This document shows, in pieces, positions 39,830 through 53,072 of a stretch of DNA of 64,000 nucleotides (the stretch's first letter is position 1; every line of letters starts with the position of its first letter). The stretch is from Nemertoderma westbladi (Eukaryota > Animalia > Xenacoelomorpha). The notes under the pieces were generated by a model. It saw nothing but the letters and a program-made list of their open reading frames with translations. It had not been told where the DNA came from and did not search any database. A program made the translations under genes and the position numbers. The stretch lies in contig JAUCBJ010008861.1 in the NCBI GenBank assembly GCA_032718475.1, forward strand, positions 8,088-72,087. The letters are read 5' to 3'.

Positions 39830-41955
39830 CATCTTCCCATATTCCCATCAACCTTCTCACCTTCCTACAATCCCATGAACCTTCCCATCTTCCCACCCAG
39901 CCACCATCCCACATTCCCATCCACATCCCTACATTCCCATCGTCCTACAATCCCATCCACCTTCCCACATTACCAATTTCCCACATTCCCATCCACCTTC
40001 CCATCTTCCTACATTACCATCCACCTACCCACATTCTCATCCATCTTACCATCTTCCCACATTCCCATCCACCTTCCTACATTCCCATCTTCCTATATTC
40101 CCATCCACTTTCCCACATTCCCATCTTCTTACATTCCCATCCACCTTCCCACATTCCCATCTTGCCACATTCCCATCTTCTTCATTCCCACCCACCTTCC
40201 CACATTCCCATCCACCTTCCCATCTCCCCACATTCCCATCCACCTTCCCACATTCCCACCTTCCTACATTCCCATCTTCCCACATTCCCATCAACCTTCC
40301 CATCTTCCCACATTCCCATCCAACTTCCCACACCCCCTTCTTCCTCATTCCCTCCCACCTTTCCACATTTCCATTTTCCCACATTCCCATCCACCTTCCC
40401 AAATTCTCATCTTCCCACATTCTCACCCACCTTCCCATCTTCCTACATTCCCATCCACCTTCCCATCTTCCTACATTCCCATCCACCTTCCCAAATTCCC
40501 ATCCACCTTCCCACATTCCCATCTTCCTACATTCCCATCCACCTTCTTATCTTCCCACATTCCCACCTTCCTACAATCCCACAAACCTTCCCACATTCCC
40601 ATCCACCTCCCCATAATCCCACATTCCCATCCACCTTCCCACATTCTCATCTTCCTACATTCCCATCCATCTTCCCACATTCCCGTCTTCCCACATTCCC
40701 ATCCACCTTCCCACATTCCCGCATTCCTCATTCCCACCCACCTTCCCACATTCCCATCCACCTTCCCATCCACCCTCCCACATTCCCATCTTCCTACATT
40801 CCCATCCACCTTCATATCTTCCCACATTCCCATCTTCCTACATTCCCACACACCTTCCCACATTCCCATCCACTTTCCCACATTCCCAGCTTCCCACATT
40901 CCCATCTTCCCACATTCCCATCTTACCACATTCCCATCTTCCTCATTCCCACCCACCTTCCCACATTCCCATCCACCTTCCCATCTCCCCACATCCCCAT
41001 CCACCTTCCCACATTCCCATCTTCCTACATTCCCATCTTCCCACATTCCCATCCACCTTCCCATCTTCCCACATTCCCATCCAACTTCCCACATTCCCAC
41101 CTTCCTCATTCCCTCCCACCTTTCCACATTCCCATCTTCCCACATTCCCATCCACCTTCCCCAATTCTCATCTTCCCACATTCCCATATTCCTACATTCC
41201 CAGCTTCCTACATTCCCATCACTTTCCCCCCATTCCCATCTTCCTACATTCCAATCCACCTTCCCGCATTCCCATCTTCCTCATTCCCATCCACCTACCC
41301 ACATTCCCATCATCCCACATTCCCATCTTGCCACATTCCCATCTTCCTCATTCCCACCCACCTTCCCACATTCCCATCCACCTTCCCATCTCCCCACACT
41401 CCCATCCACCTTCCCACATCCCCATCTTCCTACATTCCCATCTTCCCACATCCCCATCCACCTTCCCACATTCCCATCCAACTTCCCACATTCCCATCTT
41501 CCTCATTCCCTCCCACCTTTCCTCATTCCCACATTCCCATCCACCTTCCCACATTCCCATCTTCCTACATTCCCATCCACCTTCATATCTTCCCACATTC
41601 CCATCTTCCTACATTCCCTCACACCTTCCCACATTCCCATCCACCTCACCATATTCCCACATTCCCATCCACCTTCCCACATTCTCATCTTCCTACATTG
41701 CCATCCACATTCACATCTTCCCACATTCCCATCTTCCTACATTCCCTCACACCTTCCCACATTCCCATCCACCTCACCATATTCCCACATTCCCATCCAC
41801 CTTCCCACATTCTCATCTTCATACATTGCCATCCACATTCACATCTTCTCACATTCCCATCTTCCCACATTCCCATCTTCCCACATTCCCATCTTCCCAC
41901 ATTCCCATCTTCCCACATTCCCGTATTCCTCATTCCCATCCACCTTCCCACATTC
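39830..41955. repeat. Low-complexity (TTCCCACA/TTCCCATC/CACC)n array
   Basis: Plus strand almost G-free; long His/Pro ORFs in all frames. Confidence 0.95.
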
Positions 41956-42484
41956 ATTTTTTTTCGCTGGGAACGGGAATCCTGGGAAACTTCACATGGG
42001 CGAAAAATACAAAGAAACTTAAAAAAAAAATATTGATATGAACCTATTTGTTTTAAAAGATTGTAGGGCCTTATCGCCCCTGCCCCTTATCGCCCCCTGG
42101 GAACTTATCGCTCCTCAAATGGTCCTTTATCGCCCCTTTGGGAAGATATCGCCCCTGGGTCTTTATCGCCCCCGGGTCTTTATCGCCCCTGGTAACTTAT
42201 CCCCACTGTGACAATATTAATTTTGAATGGGAATATATATTGTTATTGCTATTGTTTATTAGTGTAATAAAAGTCTGTATCCATATACTGTACAGTACAG
42301 TAGTTAAATTACGAGACACATGACATACATTGAATTGCCTAAGTAGGCCTACAAATGTTATAAATAAAAACAATATTTTATAAAATATGTTTAAAATAGA
42401 GTATTTTAAAATCATTAATAATTAAACTGCATGTTTACTGGCATAGGTAAAATTTGAATAATAATGTAGGCCTACAAAGCTCTA

Positions 42485-42890
42485 CACGTTCGTGGGGCCT
42501 TCGCGCAGCACGAGGCTCAGTTATGAGATACAAATTAAAATTGTGCGACTGTATCACAAAATCAGGTTATGAGAGATTAACCCACACCACCAATTAATCA
42601 CAGAAAGGGGGACAGTACGTGTTCACCCCTTTTAATCTGCACCCCGACCCCCCCCCCCCCCCCCCCCACCCACCAATACATAACCGCGACATCTACCACC
42701 CACGGAAGGGTAGCACGAACTTATTTTCAAACGCACGTTCAATATGCAAAGCCAGGTGGTTTATAGGAATATAATTAATGCAGTACTCGTCTTCATTATA
42801 AGCCTCTTTGCGTTCGACCTGTTTTGTATTAAAATATATTTATTAAACGCAGGCTGACGCTCTTTATAATAATAATACCTAGGGATGCCA
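42485..42890. repeat. Interspersed ~400-bp repeat, copy 1 (other copies at 46026-46605 and 48031-48570)
   Basis: Shared start acacgttcgtggggccttcgcgcag, poly-C tract and aagccaggtggtttataggaat module. Confidence 0.85.
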
Positions 42891-44167
42891 GCTTCCAGAC
42901 TTTCAACCTTTACTGCCGCGCAAACCCCACAGAGGAAGTTTTGGTTTCAGAGATCAAGCCCATCGGCAATTGGTGTTTCAATTTCGGTCCAGGAACTCTG
43001 ACAATGGGAGCATTCAATCTTAGCTGTGGTCCATTCCCGTGGTTTCGGCTTCCTTTTCTTCGTCCCAATGACAGATTCTTCTGAAGACGTTCGATTCGCT
43101 TTCAGTTTATTGTTGGCATTTGTGTTTTGAAGTTGTATTCGAGTGGACAGTTGCGCCGGTTTCGAGGTAACCATACCGACCTGTGATAAGCGTTGGTTTT
43201 GTTGAGTGCCGGTATTCATCTTCTCTCACCTCTTCAATGTCAGATGTTGCAAATACTGATAACACGAATAACGGTATATATTTCAATACTTGTCAATAGT
43301 AATATATATAATATAGTTAACTATTTTATATCTGTACTGTTGAGCAAACTCTACATAAATTCCAACCTGTGTATCGCCGGTAGTGCTGTTGCTGTGCAAG
43401 TGCTGAAGTGCTAGTTGCCACCGGTCAGCCGGTACCGGTAGTAGGGTGGTACCTACGGTGCGCACTACAACGGCAGTACAGCAATACGGTGTACCGTGCC
43501 AATGACTGAATGATTAGCGGTAACTATCTAAACTATTATATTATTATTACCGGTGCCGGTACTGGGCTAATTAGGCCTAAACTATAATGAATGCCCCGGC
43601 AAGGGTTGCCGGGGCCATGTTTAATTAGATTACATGATATGGCATGGTACCGGCTGACCAGTATTGCAGTATTGACTGATTGCAGGATTCTCGATTCAGG
43701 GATTGAGTACAGCCTGACAGTACCGGTACACATGGTACATGCAGATTGGCAGACAGCCCCAATGTATTGCAAAATTTGTCAGAAACCCAGCTGATTTATC
43801 CTACAGTAATAATAATTTAACGCATTTTAAATTTGGATAAATAAATTTATTATAACTGCAATAACAGTTACACTGATGCTGCACGAAGGCCCCACGCAAA
43901 TTCTACTTGGAAAATTTTCAAACTTTTGTCAAACAACATGTGTACCAAGTTTGGATTGATTTCATCAAGGATTGGCCGAGTTATTAACGTTTAAAATAAA
44001 ATACTGAAAAAAAACGCGACAGAACAACAGGTTGATTAATGCTACCCCTACGCTAAGGCTCACTCACTTCGTGGCTCGTCCCACAGTAGTGCAAAAAATA
44101 CGTTAAAATAAATCGAGTTGATTAAAATAGTAACATTTAGGCTCAGTAAGCTAGCGAATGCCTGTAG

Positions 44168-45156
44168 GGTGATCTTCCACATTAAACCATTCCACTCTGT
44201 TTCCCAAATGAATGCCTGTTCACCACTATGGGAGATCTTCCACATTAGACCCTTCCACTCTGTTTCCCAAAGGAATGCCTGTTCACCACCATGGGTGATC
44301 TTCCACAGTAAACCCTTCCTCTCTGTTTCCTAAAGGAATGCCTGTTCACCACCATGGGCAATCTTTAACAGTAAACCCTTCCACTCTGTTTCCCAAAGGA
44401 AAGCCTGTTAACCACCATGCGTGATCTTCTACATTATACCCTTCCACTGTGTTTCCTAAAGGAATGCCTGTTCACCACCATGGGTGATCTTCCACATTAA
44501 ACCATTCCACTCTGTTTCCTAAAGGAATGTCTGTTCACCACCATGGGTGATCTTCCACATTAAACCCTTCCACTCTGTTTCCCAAAGGAATGCCTGTTCA
44601 CCACCATGGGTGATCTTCCACATTAAACCATTCCACTCTGTTTCCTAAAGGAATGCCTGTTCACCACCATGGGTGATCTTCCACAGTAAACCCTTCCACT
44701 CTGTTTCCTAAAGGAATGCTTGTTCTCCACAGTTGTTGATCTTCCACAATAAACCCTTCCACCCTGTTTCCTAAAGGAATGCTTGTTCTCCAAAGTTGGT
44801 GATCTTCCACAATAAACCCTTCCACCCTGTTTCCTAAAGGAATGCTTGTTTTCCACAGTTGGTGATCTTCCACAATAAACCCTTCCACCCTGTTTCCTAA
44901 AGGAATGCTTGTTCTCCACAGTTGGTGATCTTCCACAATAAACCCTTTCACCCTGTTTCCTAAAGGAATGGCTCTTCTCCACATTTGGTGATCTTCCACA
45001 GAAACCCTTCCACCCTGTTTCCTAAAGGAATGGCTGTTCTCCACAGTTGGTGATCTTCCACAATAAACCCTTCCACCCTGTTTCCTAAAGGAATGGCTCT
45101 TCTCCACAGTTGGTGATCTTCCACAATAAACCCTTCCACCCTGTTTCCTAAAGGAA
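44168..45156. repeat. 61-bp minisatellite
   Basis: Unit ggtgatcttccacaataaacccttccaccctgtttcctaaaggaatg..., about 16 copies. Confidence 0.92.
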
Positions 45157-45275
45157 ACTTAGGTTTTGGATTAACCGGAACGACGTTTTACGTGGCGTAT
45201 TCATAATTACGGGATTAATAAAGGCAAGGAAGGGTCTTTCACCACGTGGATATATAAAAAATGAAGTTAATTATT

Positions 45276-45317
45276 TACCGTATGGCCATTTCACCCTCGC
45301 GGGCGTCTTCAGCGGTA
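45276..45317 (-). ncRNA. Minimal type I hammerhead ribozyme (Penelope-like)
   Basis: UACCG CUGAAGA C GCCC-GCGA-GGGU GAAA UGGCCA UA CGGUA: intact core, 5-bp stem I, GNRA-capped stem II, palindromic stem III, AUA cleavage triplet. Confidence 0.85.
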
Positions 45318-45756
45318 TATTCAATTAAAATAGCGTTAAAATATAATTAAATTTAAAAATTAGTTCACAATTTAAAAGTTTAGGGTACTGCCTGTCATCA
45401 GGCTGCATACGTGTACCGTACACGTATTTCGAAAAGTTGCCTGATACTTTTATGCAGGGTGGCTATCTAGACACCCACAGGAAGTTTCAGACTAATTACT
45501 CAAAAATTGTAGAAGTAGTAGGGTTTTGAAGTTGACAATTTCATGAAAAAAATATTTGGAGATAATCGACCTTTCATTATACATAGTAATAGTAATTTCA
45601 ATAGGATTCCGTAAATGGAAATTTACATATCTTGAAAACTAAAAGAGCTATTAAATAGCGGTTTTCAGATTTGGAAACACCATTCAATGGTGCATTACAA
45701 TAGACCATAAAAAAAATTTCGACATATTTTGGACCAAAATGGTGTACCCCCCCCTT

Positions 45757-48570
45757 AAGTATAATTATTTAAATCTTATACTGTAAAACAATTAATTTCC
45801 TTTAAAAGGCAGGTTGAAAATGGTGTTTTCACCGTAATCAACTTAATTAACTAATTAACTGCTATTATCTTAGCTTCTCGAAGGCCACACGGAAATTCTA
45901 CTTGGAAAATTTCTAAACTTTTGCCAAACAACATGTGTACCAAGTTTGGATAGATTTCATCAAAGATTGGCCGAGTTATTAACGTTTAAAATTGAACACG
46001 ACAGAACGACAGAACGACAGAACGACACGTTCGTGGGGCCTTCGCGCAGTACGAGGCCCAGTTATGAGATACAAATTAAAATTGAGTGACTGTATCACAA
46101 AATCAGGTTTTGAGAAATTTACCCACACCACCAATCAATCCAAGAAAGGGGGACAGTACGTGTTCACCCCTTTTAATCTCTCCACCCCCCCCCCCCCCCA
46201 CCCTTCCCAACCACCAATACATAACCGCGACATCTACCACCCACGGAAGGGTAGAACGAACTTATTTCCAATCGCACGTTCAATATGCAAAGCCAGGTGG
46301 TGTGTAGGAATATAATCAACGCCGTACTCGTCTTAATTATTATAAGCGTCGTTGCGCTCGTCCTGTTTTGTATTTAAATATATTTCCTAAACGCAGACTG
46401 GCAATCTTTATAACTATGGATACGTGCAATATGCGAAACCAGGAATGGTTTATAGGAATATAATCAACGCCATACTCGTCTTAATTATTATAAGCGTCGT
46501 TGCGCTCGTCCTAAGATATTTCCTAAACGCAGACTGACAATCTTTATAATTATCGATACATTCAATATGCGAAGCCAGGTATGGTTTATAGGAATATAAT
46601 CAATGCAGAACGCAGTACTAAATTCAGTCGATGCAGGCACACAAGACTGTATATTTTTTGTGGCGTTTCGATCACGGGGTCACTGAAAAATAGCGGTTTT
46701 GAAAATTTAAAGTCGAATTTCACCGATTTCAACTCGTCGAGTATGCACCAACTTTTTTATTTGAGATATTCAGTTATCTGAGCAACATATTTGAGCCTTC
46801 AGAATCTTTTCAAATATCGCCAATCTCGCACAGAACGTCGCCAAAATTTGTTAGTCCGGCAAAAAAACGCACAAATTCGTCTAAAAGAGTAAATTATTTA
46901 GTTGCGGAATAATATGATTCAACTAGAAAAGCCAGCCATCTGGCTGTAAGGAGACCCTCCATAGACAAACGTAGTGTTAGTTGGGTCCCTCCTCATTCAT
47001 TATCATCAACTCCCTCCCACATAACAGCACTGAGATGATTCACTGGGAAGAGCTATTCATCTGGTGTGGTAATACATTATACAAACATATAGTTGATGTT
47101 TGATTACTGTCTGGGTTAGAGTGAGATAGTAATAAATTTGGCAAGTAATATACTTCTCTGCAGTTTGGGCTATCCATTCAATAAATAGTAGTAGCTTACT
47201 AGGCCCACATGTACCAGCAGCTGGTGTTTCTATCGTTGAGTTGATGGCAATTATCGTGTTTTCATTTTCGCTCACTCATGGTACTGGTTTGAGGGGCAGG
47301 TTCGTTTATAGCCAGCTTGCTGGCTTTCTAGTGAGGAAAAAACAAGTATGGATATGAATAAGTCTTCTGCAGTGGTAAAATGTTATTGACTGACATTTAT
47401 TAAACGAGATCTGTCTAACACGGCAATAACACAATAATAGACTGAATAGTAGGGAATTCAGATTTCCATCTCGTTAGCTAGCTATGGCCAATCTGTCTAC
47501 CGGCCTGTACACATGTGGTTACTTACATTCGCATTCCCATTGAAGAGCAACTGGCTGTTCTACACACACCAAACATCCTTCCCATCCTATGTACCAGCAC
47601 CGAGCCAACTTGGATGTTAACCAATAAATGAGCAGTATTTAATGAGAATCAATTTTTTATACCGTTTTAATTACTTTAGATCAATTAAAGACACAATTAT
47701 TAAAGCAAATCACTTGAACTAATTAAAAACTATAATAGAATGGAGTATATGAATGGATTACATCTGTATAATTTTTAAGTATAATTATTTAAATCTTATA
47801 CTGTAAAACAATTAATTTCCTTTAAAAGGCAGGTTGAAAATGGTGTTTTCAAAATGGTGTCAACTTAATTAACTAATTAACTGCTATTATCTTAGCTTCT
47901 CGAAGGCCACACGGAAATTCTACTTGGAAAATTTCTAAACTTTTGCCAAAAAACATGTGTACCAAGTTTGGATAGATTTCATCAAAGATTGGCCGAGTTA
48001 TTAACGTTTAAAATTGAACACGACAGAACGACACGTTCGTGGGGCCTTCGCGCAGCACGAGGCCAGTTATGAGATACAAATTAAAATTGAGCGACTGTAT
48101 CACAAAATCAGGTTTTGAGAAATTTACCCACACCACCAATCAATCAAAGAAAGGGGGACAGTACGTGTTCACCCCTTTTAATCCCCCCCCCCCCCACCCT
48201 TCCCAACCACCAATACATAACCGCGACATCTACCACCCACGGAAGGGTAGCACGAACCAATCGCACGTTCAATATGCAAAGCCAGGTGGTTTATAGGAAT
48301 ATAATAAACGCAGTACTCGTTTTCATTATAAGCCTCGTTGCGTTCGTCCTGTTTTGTATTTAAATATATTTCTTAAACGCAGGCTAGGACGATCTTTATA
48401 ATAATAATAACTAGGGATGCGATCAATATGTGAAGCCAGGTGGTTTATATAATAATTTAGTCAACGCAGTACTCGTCTTCATTATATGCCTCGTTGCGCT
48501 CGTCGCTTGTCCTGTTTTGTCATAAAATATTTTTCCTAAACGCAGACTGACGATCTTTATACAGTTATAA
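45757..48570. repeat. Local ~650-bp direct duplication (45757-46400 / 47776-48400) of composite non-autonomous repeats
   Basis: Near-identical aagtataattatttaaatc...acgacagaacgacacgttcgtgggg blocks; upstream module also partly present at 43885-44030. Confidence 0.8.
46922..47332. mobile_element. ~410-bp MITE-like element with ~28-bp imperfect TIRs
   Basis: ACTAGAAAAGCCAGCCATCTGGCTGTAA ... TTATAGCCAGCTTGCTGGCTTTCTAGT; no TSD seen. Confidence 0.6.
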
Positions 48571-48926
48571 CTATGCGAAGTTTCGAAACTGTGCGAGTAA
48601 CTGTTGATACATCTATGTGGAGATGTGTGATATGTGGAGATGTGTGATAGCACGCCAACGCATCTTATGCCGATGTAGTAATATGGGTATTGAAATAATA
48701 TTAAATCAATGTACACTCTTAAAGCTGCAGCAAAAAAATGTAGCTAATTTCCTAGGTTACATATCTCGTCATATAAAATAATAATATTATTTTTAAGAAC
48801 ATTAATTTTACTACTTTGCAAAAATTCAATTAAAAAATAACCAGACATATACATTGTGGAATAAACTATTTCAGAAGCCTACAACAGCCATGCCATGGAT
48901 TGTATTTATGTTATTAGATTAGTGCA

Positions 48927-50846
48927 TAAATTGGAGAGATACGCCTATTCCTACTATCGGAAGAGACGGTAACAATACCTGCAATATCCTACTGTAAAGC
49001 TTGTAAATCAAATCATAAATCCGACCTTCTCACCAAAACAGTAAACCCCAAGTAAGCGAATATATTGCAGTATCGATCTCTTTTAACCGGTGAGGCAGAA
49101 AACAGTCTACGAGCAGACAAACTTCGATAAAACAAAATCCCGCGCAGCGAATCCTAAAATCAGGCTGACTCACTGACGGACTAAGAGGCTCGTATACTTT
49201 GCCGCGGTGTGATTTATATGGTTGGGCAAAGAGACGCTAGCTAGGTACAGAGCAGATTTAGAGATGTCTAACTAGCGGGCAAAGTGCAGTAAGGACGAAA
49301 GTTAATTTTATATATTTTGAGGTGTAAATAATTTCTAACGCGCGTGTGTTAATTCTGAACAGTCAAAGCAGTTTTGCTCCTTCACATATATAATTACTGG
49401 GTACGGTGTGCATTTTACGAATATTCTAATTTTATAACTTGTAGGTCCAATACTCACGAATGATAAGGTTCCTTCCCCTCTTGCGTATCTCCAGGACTCA
49501 AATTCAGGCATAAGGTTAATACTACGCCCAGAATTCGGCAATTTTAGGTACCAGGTCCCTGATACTAAGAAGAGATGTGTTAGTTTACTACTGTAGGCGT
49601 ACGGGTACTAATAGCTATCCTGGTTCCTATCTAGAATTTTAGTCACCCAGGTAGTCCGGGTAACTTCCTATTAGGGCGTTGGCGGGGACACGGTAGATGT
49701 TAGTATATCCCTGATAGCCTCAATTTATTTGCGCCTAGCGTAAACTGCCCTACCGCCTGAACGGTACAATCCCAATTCAGGTGAAAACACAGCAACCCCC
49801 TAGCCTACAAGTTCTGATGTAATAGACACGGTCGTACTGCAAATAGTCGCACACACACCTGTACTTAGCAAGAGTTAAGCGTACAGTTTGCTGCACCCTA
49901 ACCAATGTGTATGCCTTGTACCGGTGTGCCTACGTCCTATCTGCGTACTAGTATCTGCTCTCTCTCCCTCTCCCCCCCGTAGGAATATGAAGGTCTACTG
50001 CGGTTTTTCCTGAATCAAGACAGTACAGTCCCTATGATGTAATTTTGGGCTTACAGCGTGTCACTACGTCTACCTTTTGATCTTTTTGGTCTTACACTTA
50101 GGTAGCAAGGATCGAACGCTGTCTAACCTTTCAGGCGATGGGCGAATAACACTAGATGGTATTGCGGGTTGTCTCTCGTCTACATTCCCGTGATGTTCCC
50201 GTTCATTGCTGCGGCCCGATCTCTAGCCGGCCATCCTGTCCCTGAGTTTGTTCACCGTAGTGAAACCATATTAAAACAGATAGAAAGGCTGAGAGATGTG
50301 ACTAGTATTTCTGACTTTATTACAAAACATATAATAACTATTATACAATAAACAATGTAATCTGAAATAAGACAGAAAGTGAATGATGGAAATTGATGTG
50401 AAGTGAATAACTAATGAACAAATCGCACCTTTATATACTAAATTTGTGCCGCAATCAATCGAGAAAATTCTCGATTGTTCTATAGATTCTAACAAGGTTT
50501 TAAAGATAGCTATTGGTCCAGCTAATATATAACTTGCACGACATTGGTTACAATCAAATAACTACAGCCTTATTGGTACAGACAAATGCAATTAATTTGT
50601 AGCGGTTAATTTAAATGAGTTGAAATTCTACACAAAAAATAATTCGCACTTACTAGGATTCGAACTCGATACCTACTACACATATAATTTCCAACGCTCT
50701 ACCAACTGAGCTACTGAACCACTTGACCGATAGATGCATAATAGATAGAACCAATACTAATGAGAACTCAAAGCAATCTTTACAAAGTTAATTCGAATAA
50801 AATAAAATTTTGAAAATCCACGGCATTTAGGGAATATAATTCTATA
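48927..50846 (-). repeat. 3' LTR of family B
   Basis: No difference from 62012-63931 spotted by eye; identical small ORFs at the same offset; preceded on the minus strand by a short purine run GGAGCGG. Confidence 0.95.
50634..50720 (-). ncRNA. tRNA-derived Pol III-like cassette in the 3' LTR (A box, B box, T6)
   Basis: GGTTCAGTAGCTCAGTTGGTAGAGCG...GAGTTCGAATCCT...TTTTTT; D arm intact, acceptor and anticodon stems do not pair. Confidence 0.65.
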
Positions 50847-51745
50847 CCGCTCCATGAAAACAGGATATTATCGTGCATAAAATATACGGTTTTCACCAAT
50901 AATCAATCAAACTATAGAATACTTAGGGCGTACTTACATATTTACAATTAAGTTTCAAACAATACTTCCTTTCTACGTAATGATTCGATACAAAATAATT
51001 ACAAATTCAAACTTTACGTATTTAAGGCTTTACTAAGTAAGTACAATATAAATCTAAATTAAATTCACCAATATAAATCTATTGCATCTCAAATATTGCA
51101 TAAATTCAAACAATTACAAATAAATGAAAACAATAAGAAAGGCTCGCAAGTCTTCCATCTACTATTGCATCCCAAATATTGCATAAATTCAAGTAATTAC
51201 AAATACTTTCATACCTAAATGTAGATTGCATAAGTTTGGAATAATTACAAATATGAGTCTTTCTGAGCACAAATTTTTCTGTCTATAAAACTTTCTCTTT
51301 AGGTACAAATACTACTTATAAAATATAAATTGCATAATATTCGGAACAATACAAATTGCATAAGTTTGGAATAATATAAATTGTATAAGTTCGGAATAAT
51401 TACAAATATAAATATAAATTCTTACAAATATAAACTCTCTTTTTGGGTAGTCTTACTAAATATAGATATAAACTGCATAAGTTTAGAACAATATAAACCT
51501 TTGCATCTCAAATATGAAACATAAATCTTTCAAATATAAGTTCCTTCTAAACTTTCTAAATTTCATAAATTCGGAACAATACAAATTGCATAAGTTTGGA
51601 ATAAACACAAATATAAAATATAAGTTTTTACTAAATATGAGTCCCTTTCAGAATACAAACTTTCTAAATATAAAACATATAATTCAAATAAATCACAAAT
51701 CATAAGAAAGGCTCACGAGTCTTCCGTCCACCCTTGCCCTCCCTT

Positions 51746-52945
51746 TTATCGTTTAGTTGATCGAGCCCTGCCGCGTCCTCGAAAACTGCGCACAGGTGAC
51801 TTTGCTCGCGATATGGGACTTGTGGGGCGAGTCACTGGTTTACTTGGGACGTTGAGAGACGGTGCAACTATTTCCTCACAAATTCGTCTATTTGGCATCC
51901 CAAAACCTCGACCGATTCCTCGTGACCGATCAGTCGTCACTACAGTTGGTAGAACGTCTGGGAACTCGCGAAAGGCGGACGACGCAGACCCAAGAGTAGC
52001 TTGCGCCCCCTGTTGATCAGCTGGTGTATGTCCCGATCCTCCTACTGGTTCTCTTGGAAGTGATACCGTATCCCGAGTAACTCGAATAGTCGGCTCAACT
52101 CCCTTGCGTTCTTCTACATTAATAATTTTCTTCAATTGTTGGCCCACTTTCTGGACCCGTATGATCCTACCCTGCCCGTCCTCCCGAGGGTGACGTGCAG
52201 ACGGCGCAGCCGGAGTGGCTGGTATATTCGTCGCCTCTAGGACCTCTTCTTCCTCGAATACGCTCGCTCGTATACGTTTGTGGTAAAACGCAGCTCGGTA
52301 CGCCCATGCGACGGTTAACCAAGCTCCTTTATTCCGCTTTTCGGTTCGGAAACGATCAAATTCACCATACGTGATACGATTTACGACTTTCTGAAAATTC
52401 CACGTGTTTTTGTTATCTGGGTGAATCTGTAACAGATACTCGCGCACCACTCGGAATCCGCTGTCGTGGGGCAAAATATCGACAACCTCGATAAGTTCGT
52501 CATATTGGGGCATAGCGGAGATGTATCCTTCCGACATCATCGTCTGGGGATTTACCGCCCAAAATCCGAGATGCGCTCTCATCGGAAACCGTCTTCTTTG
52601 TGCTGATACATGTTCATCGGCTAAATCTTCCCACTCATCAAATAACTTCCTCACGAGTTTTACAGATTCGTGTTCATAAGGTATGTCCCTTAGTTGGCAT
52701 TCAGATGCTCGATGTCCCTTTATATTGCAATAAGTACATTGAGCCATAAATCTCCAGCAAGTATAAAAGGTATGAGACCCTTGATCCCCACACCATCCAC
52801 AGATTAGCTGAGTCGTAGTAATGTGCTTTCCACTGCACTTTGCCATATGATGTCCAGCGACGCCACATTTACTACACATCGTATTGGCAGGGTACCACAC
52901 TCGTTCGTATATAAGATCTCCAATCGGTCGAGCGCTTCCTCCCAT
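51746..52945 (-). CDS. Accessory triple CCHC zinc-knuckle protein (frame open upstream to ~53120)
   Basis: CSKCGVAGHHMAKC, CGWCGDQGSHTFYTC, CTYCNIKGHRASEC; basic C-terminal tail; 399 aa uninterrupted. Confidence 0.8.
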   Translation of the reverse strand: MGGSARPIGDLIYERVWYPANTMCSKCGVAGHHMAKCSGKHITTTQLICGWCGDQGSHTFYTCWRFMAQCTYCNIKGHRASECQLRDIPYEHESVKLVRKLFDEWEDLADEHVSAQRRRFPMRAHLGFWAVNPQTMMSEGYISAMPQYDELIEVVDILPHDSGFRVVREYLLQIHPDNKNTWNFQKVVNRITYGEFDRFRTEKRNKGAWLTVAWAYRAAFYHKRIRASVFEEEEVLEATNIPATPAAPSARHPREDGQGRIIRVQKVGQQLKKIINVEERKGVEPTIRVTRDTVSLPREPVGGSGHTPADQQGAQATLGSASSAFREFPDVLPTVVTTDRSRGIGRGFGMPNRRICEEIVAPSLNVPSKPVTRPTSPISRAKSPVRSFRGRGRARSTKR

Positions 52946-53072
52946 ACTATAATCGTAATCATCTGGGTCTATGGGTTGGTAGGTTTCTGAAGGTTGTATA
53001 CAAACTATAGCATCTGTTGCTTCAAGTTGTCGAATCTCCGTCTGAGATTTCTTCGGGAGGTTCCTTTCTATT

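Noticed and set aside
39766-42041. 756-aa and 715-aa His/Pro-rich proteins
   Set aside because: Open in several frames only because the G-poor repeat lacks stop codons
45735-45760. Kolobok-like terminus (ggtgtacccccccc|TTAA)
   Set aside because: Only one end found, with no matching partner TIR in the window
50634-50720. Functional tRNA gene or element-encoded tRNA primer
   Set aside because: Acceptor and anticodon stems do not form, and there is no complementarity to the PBS
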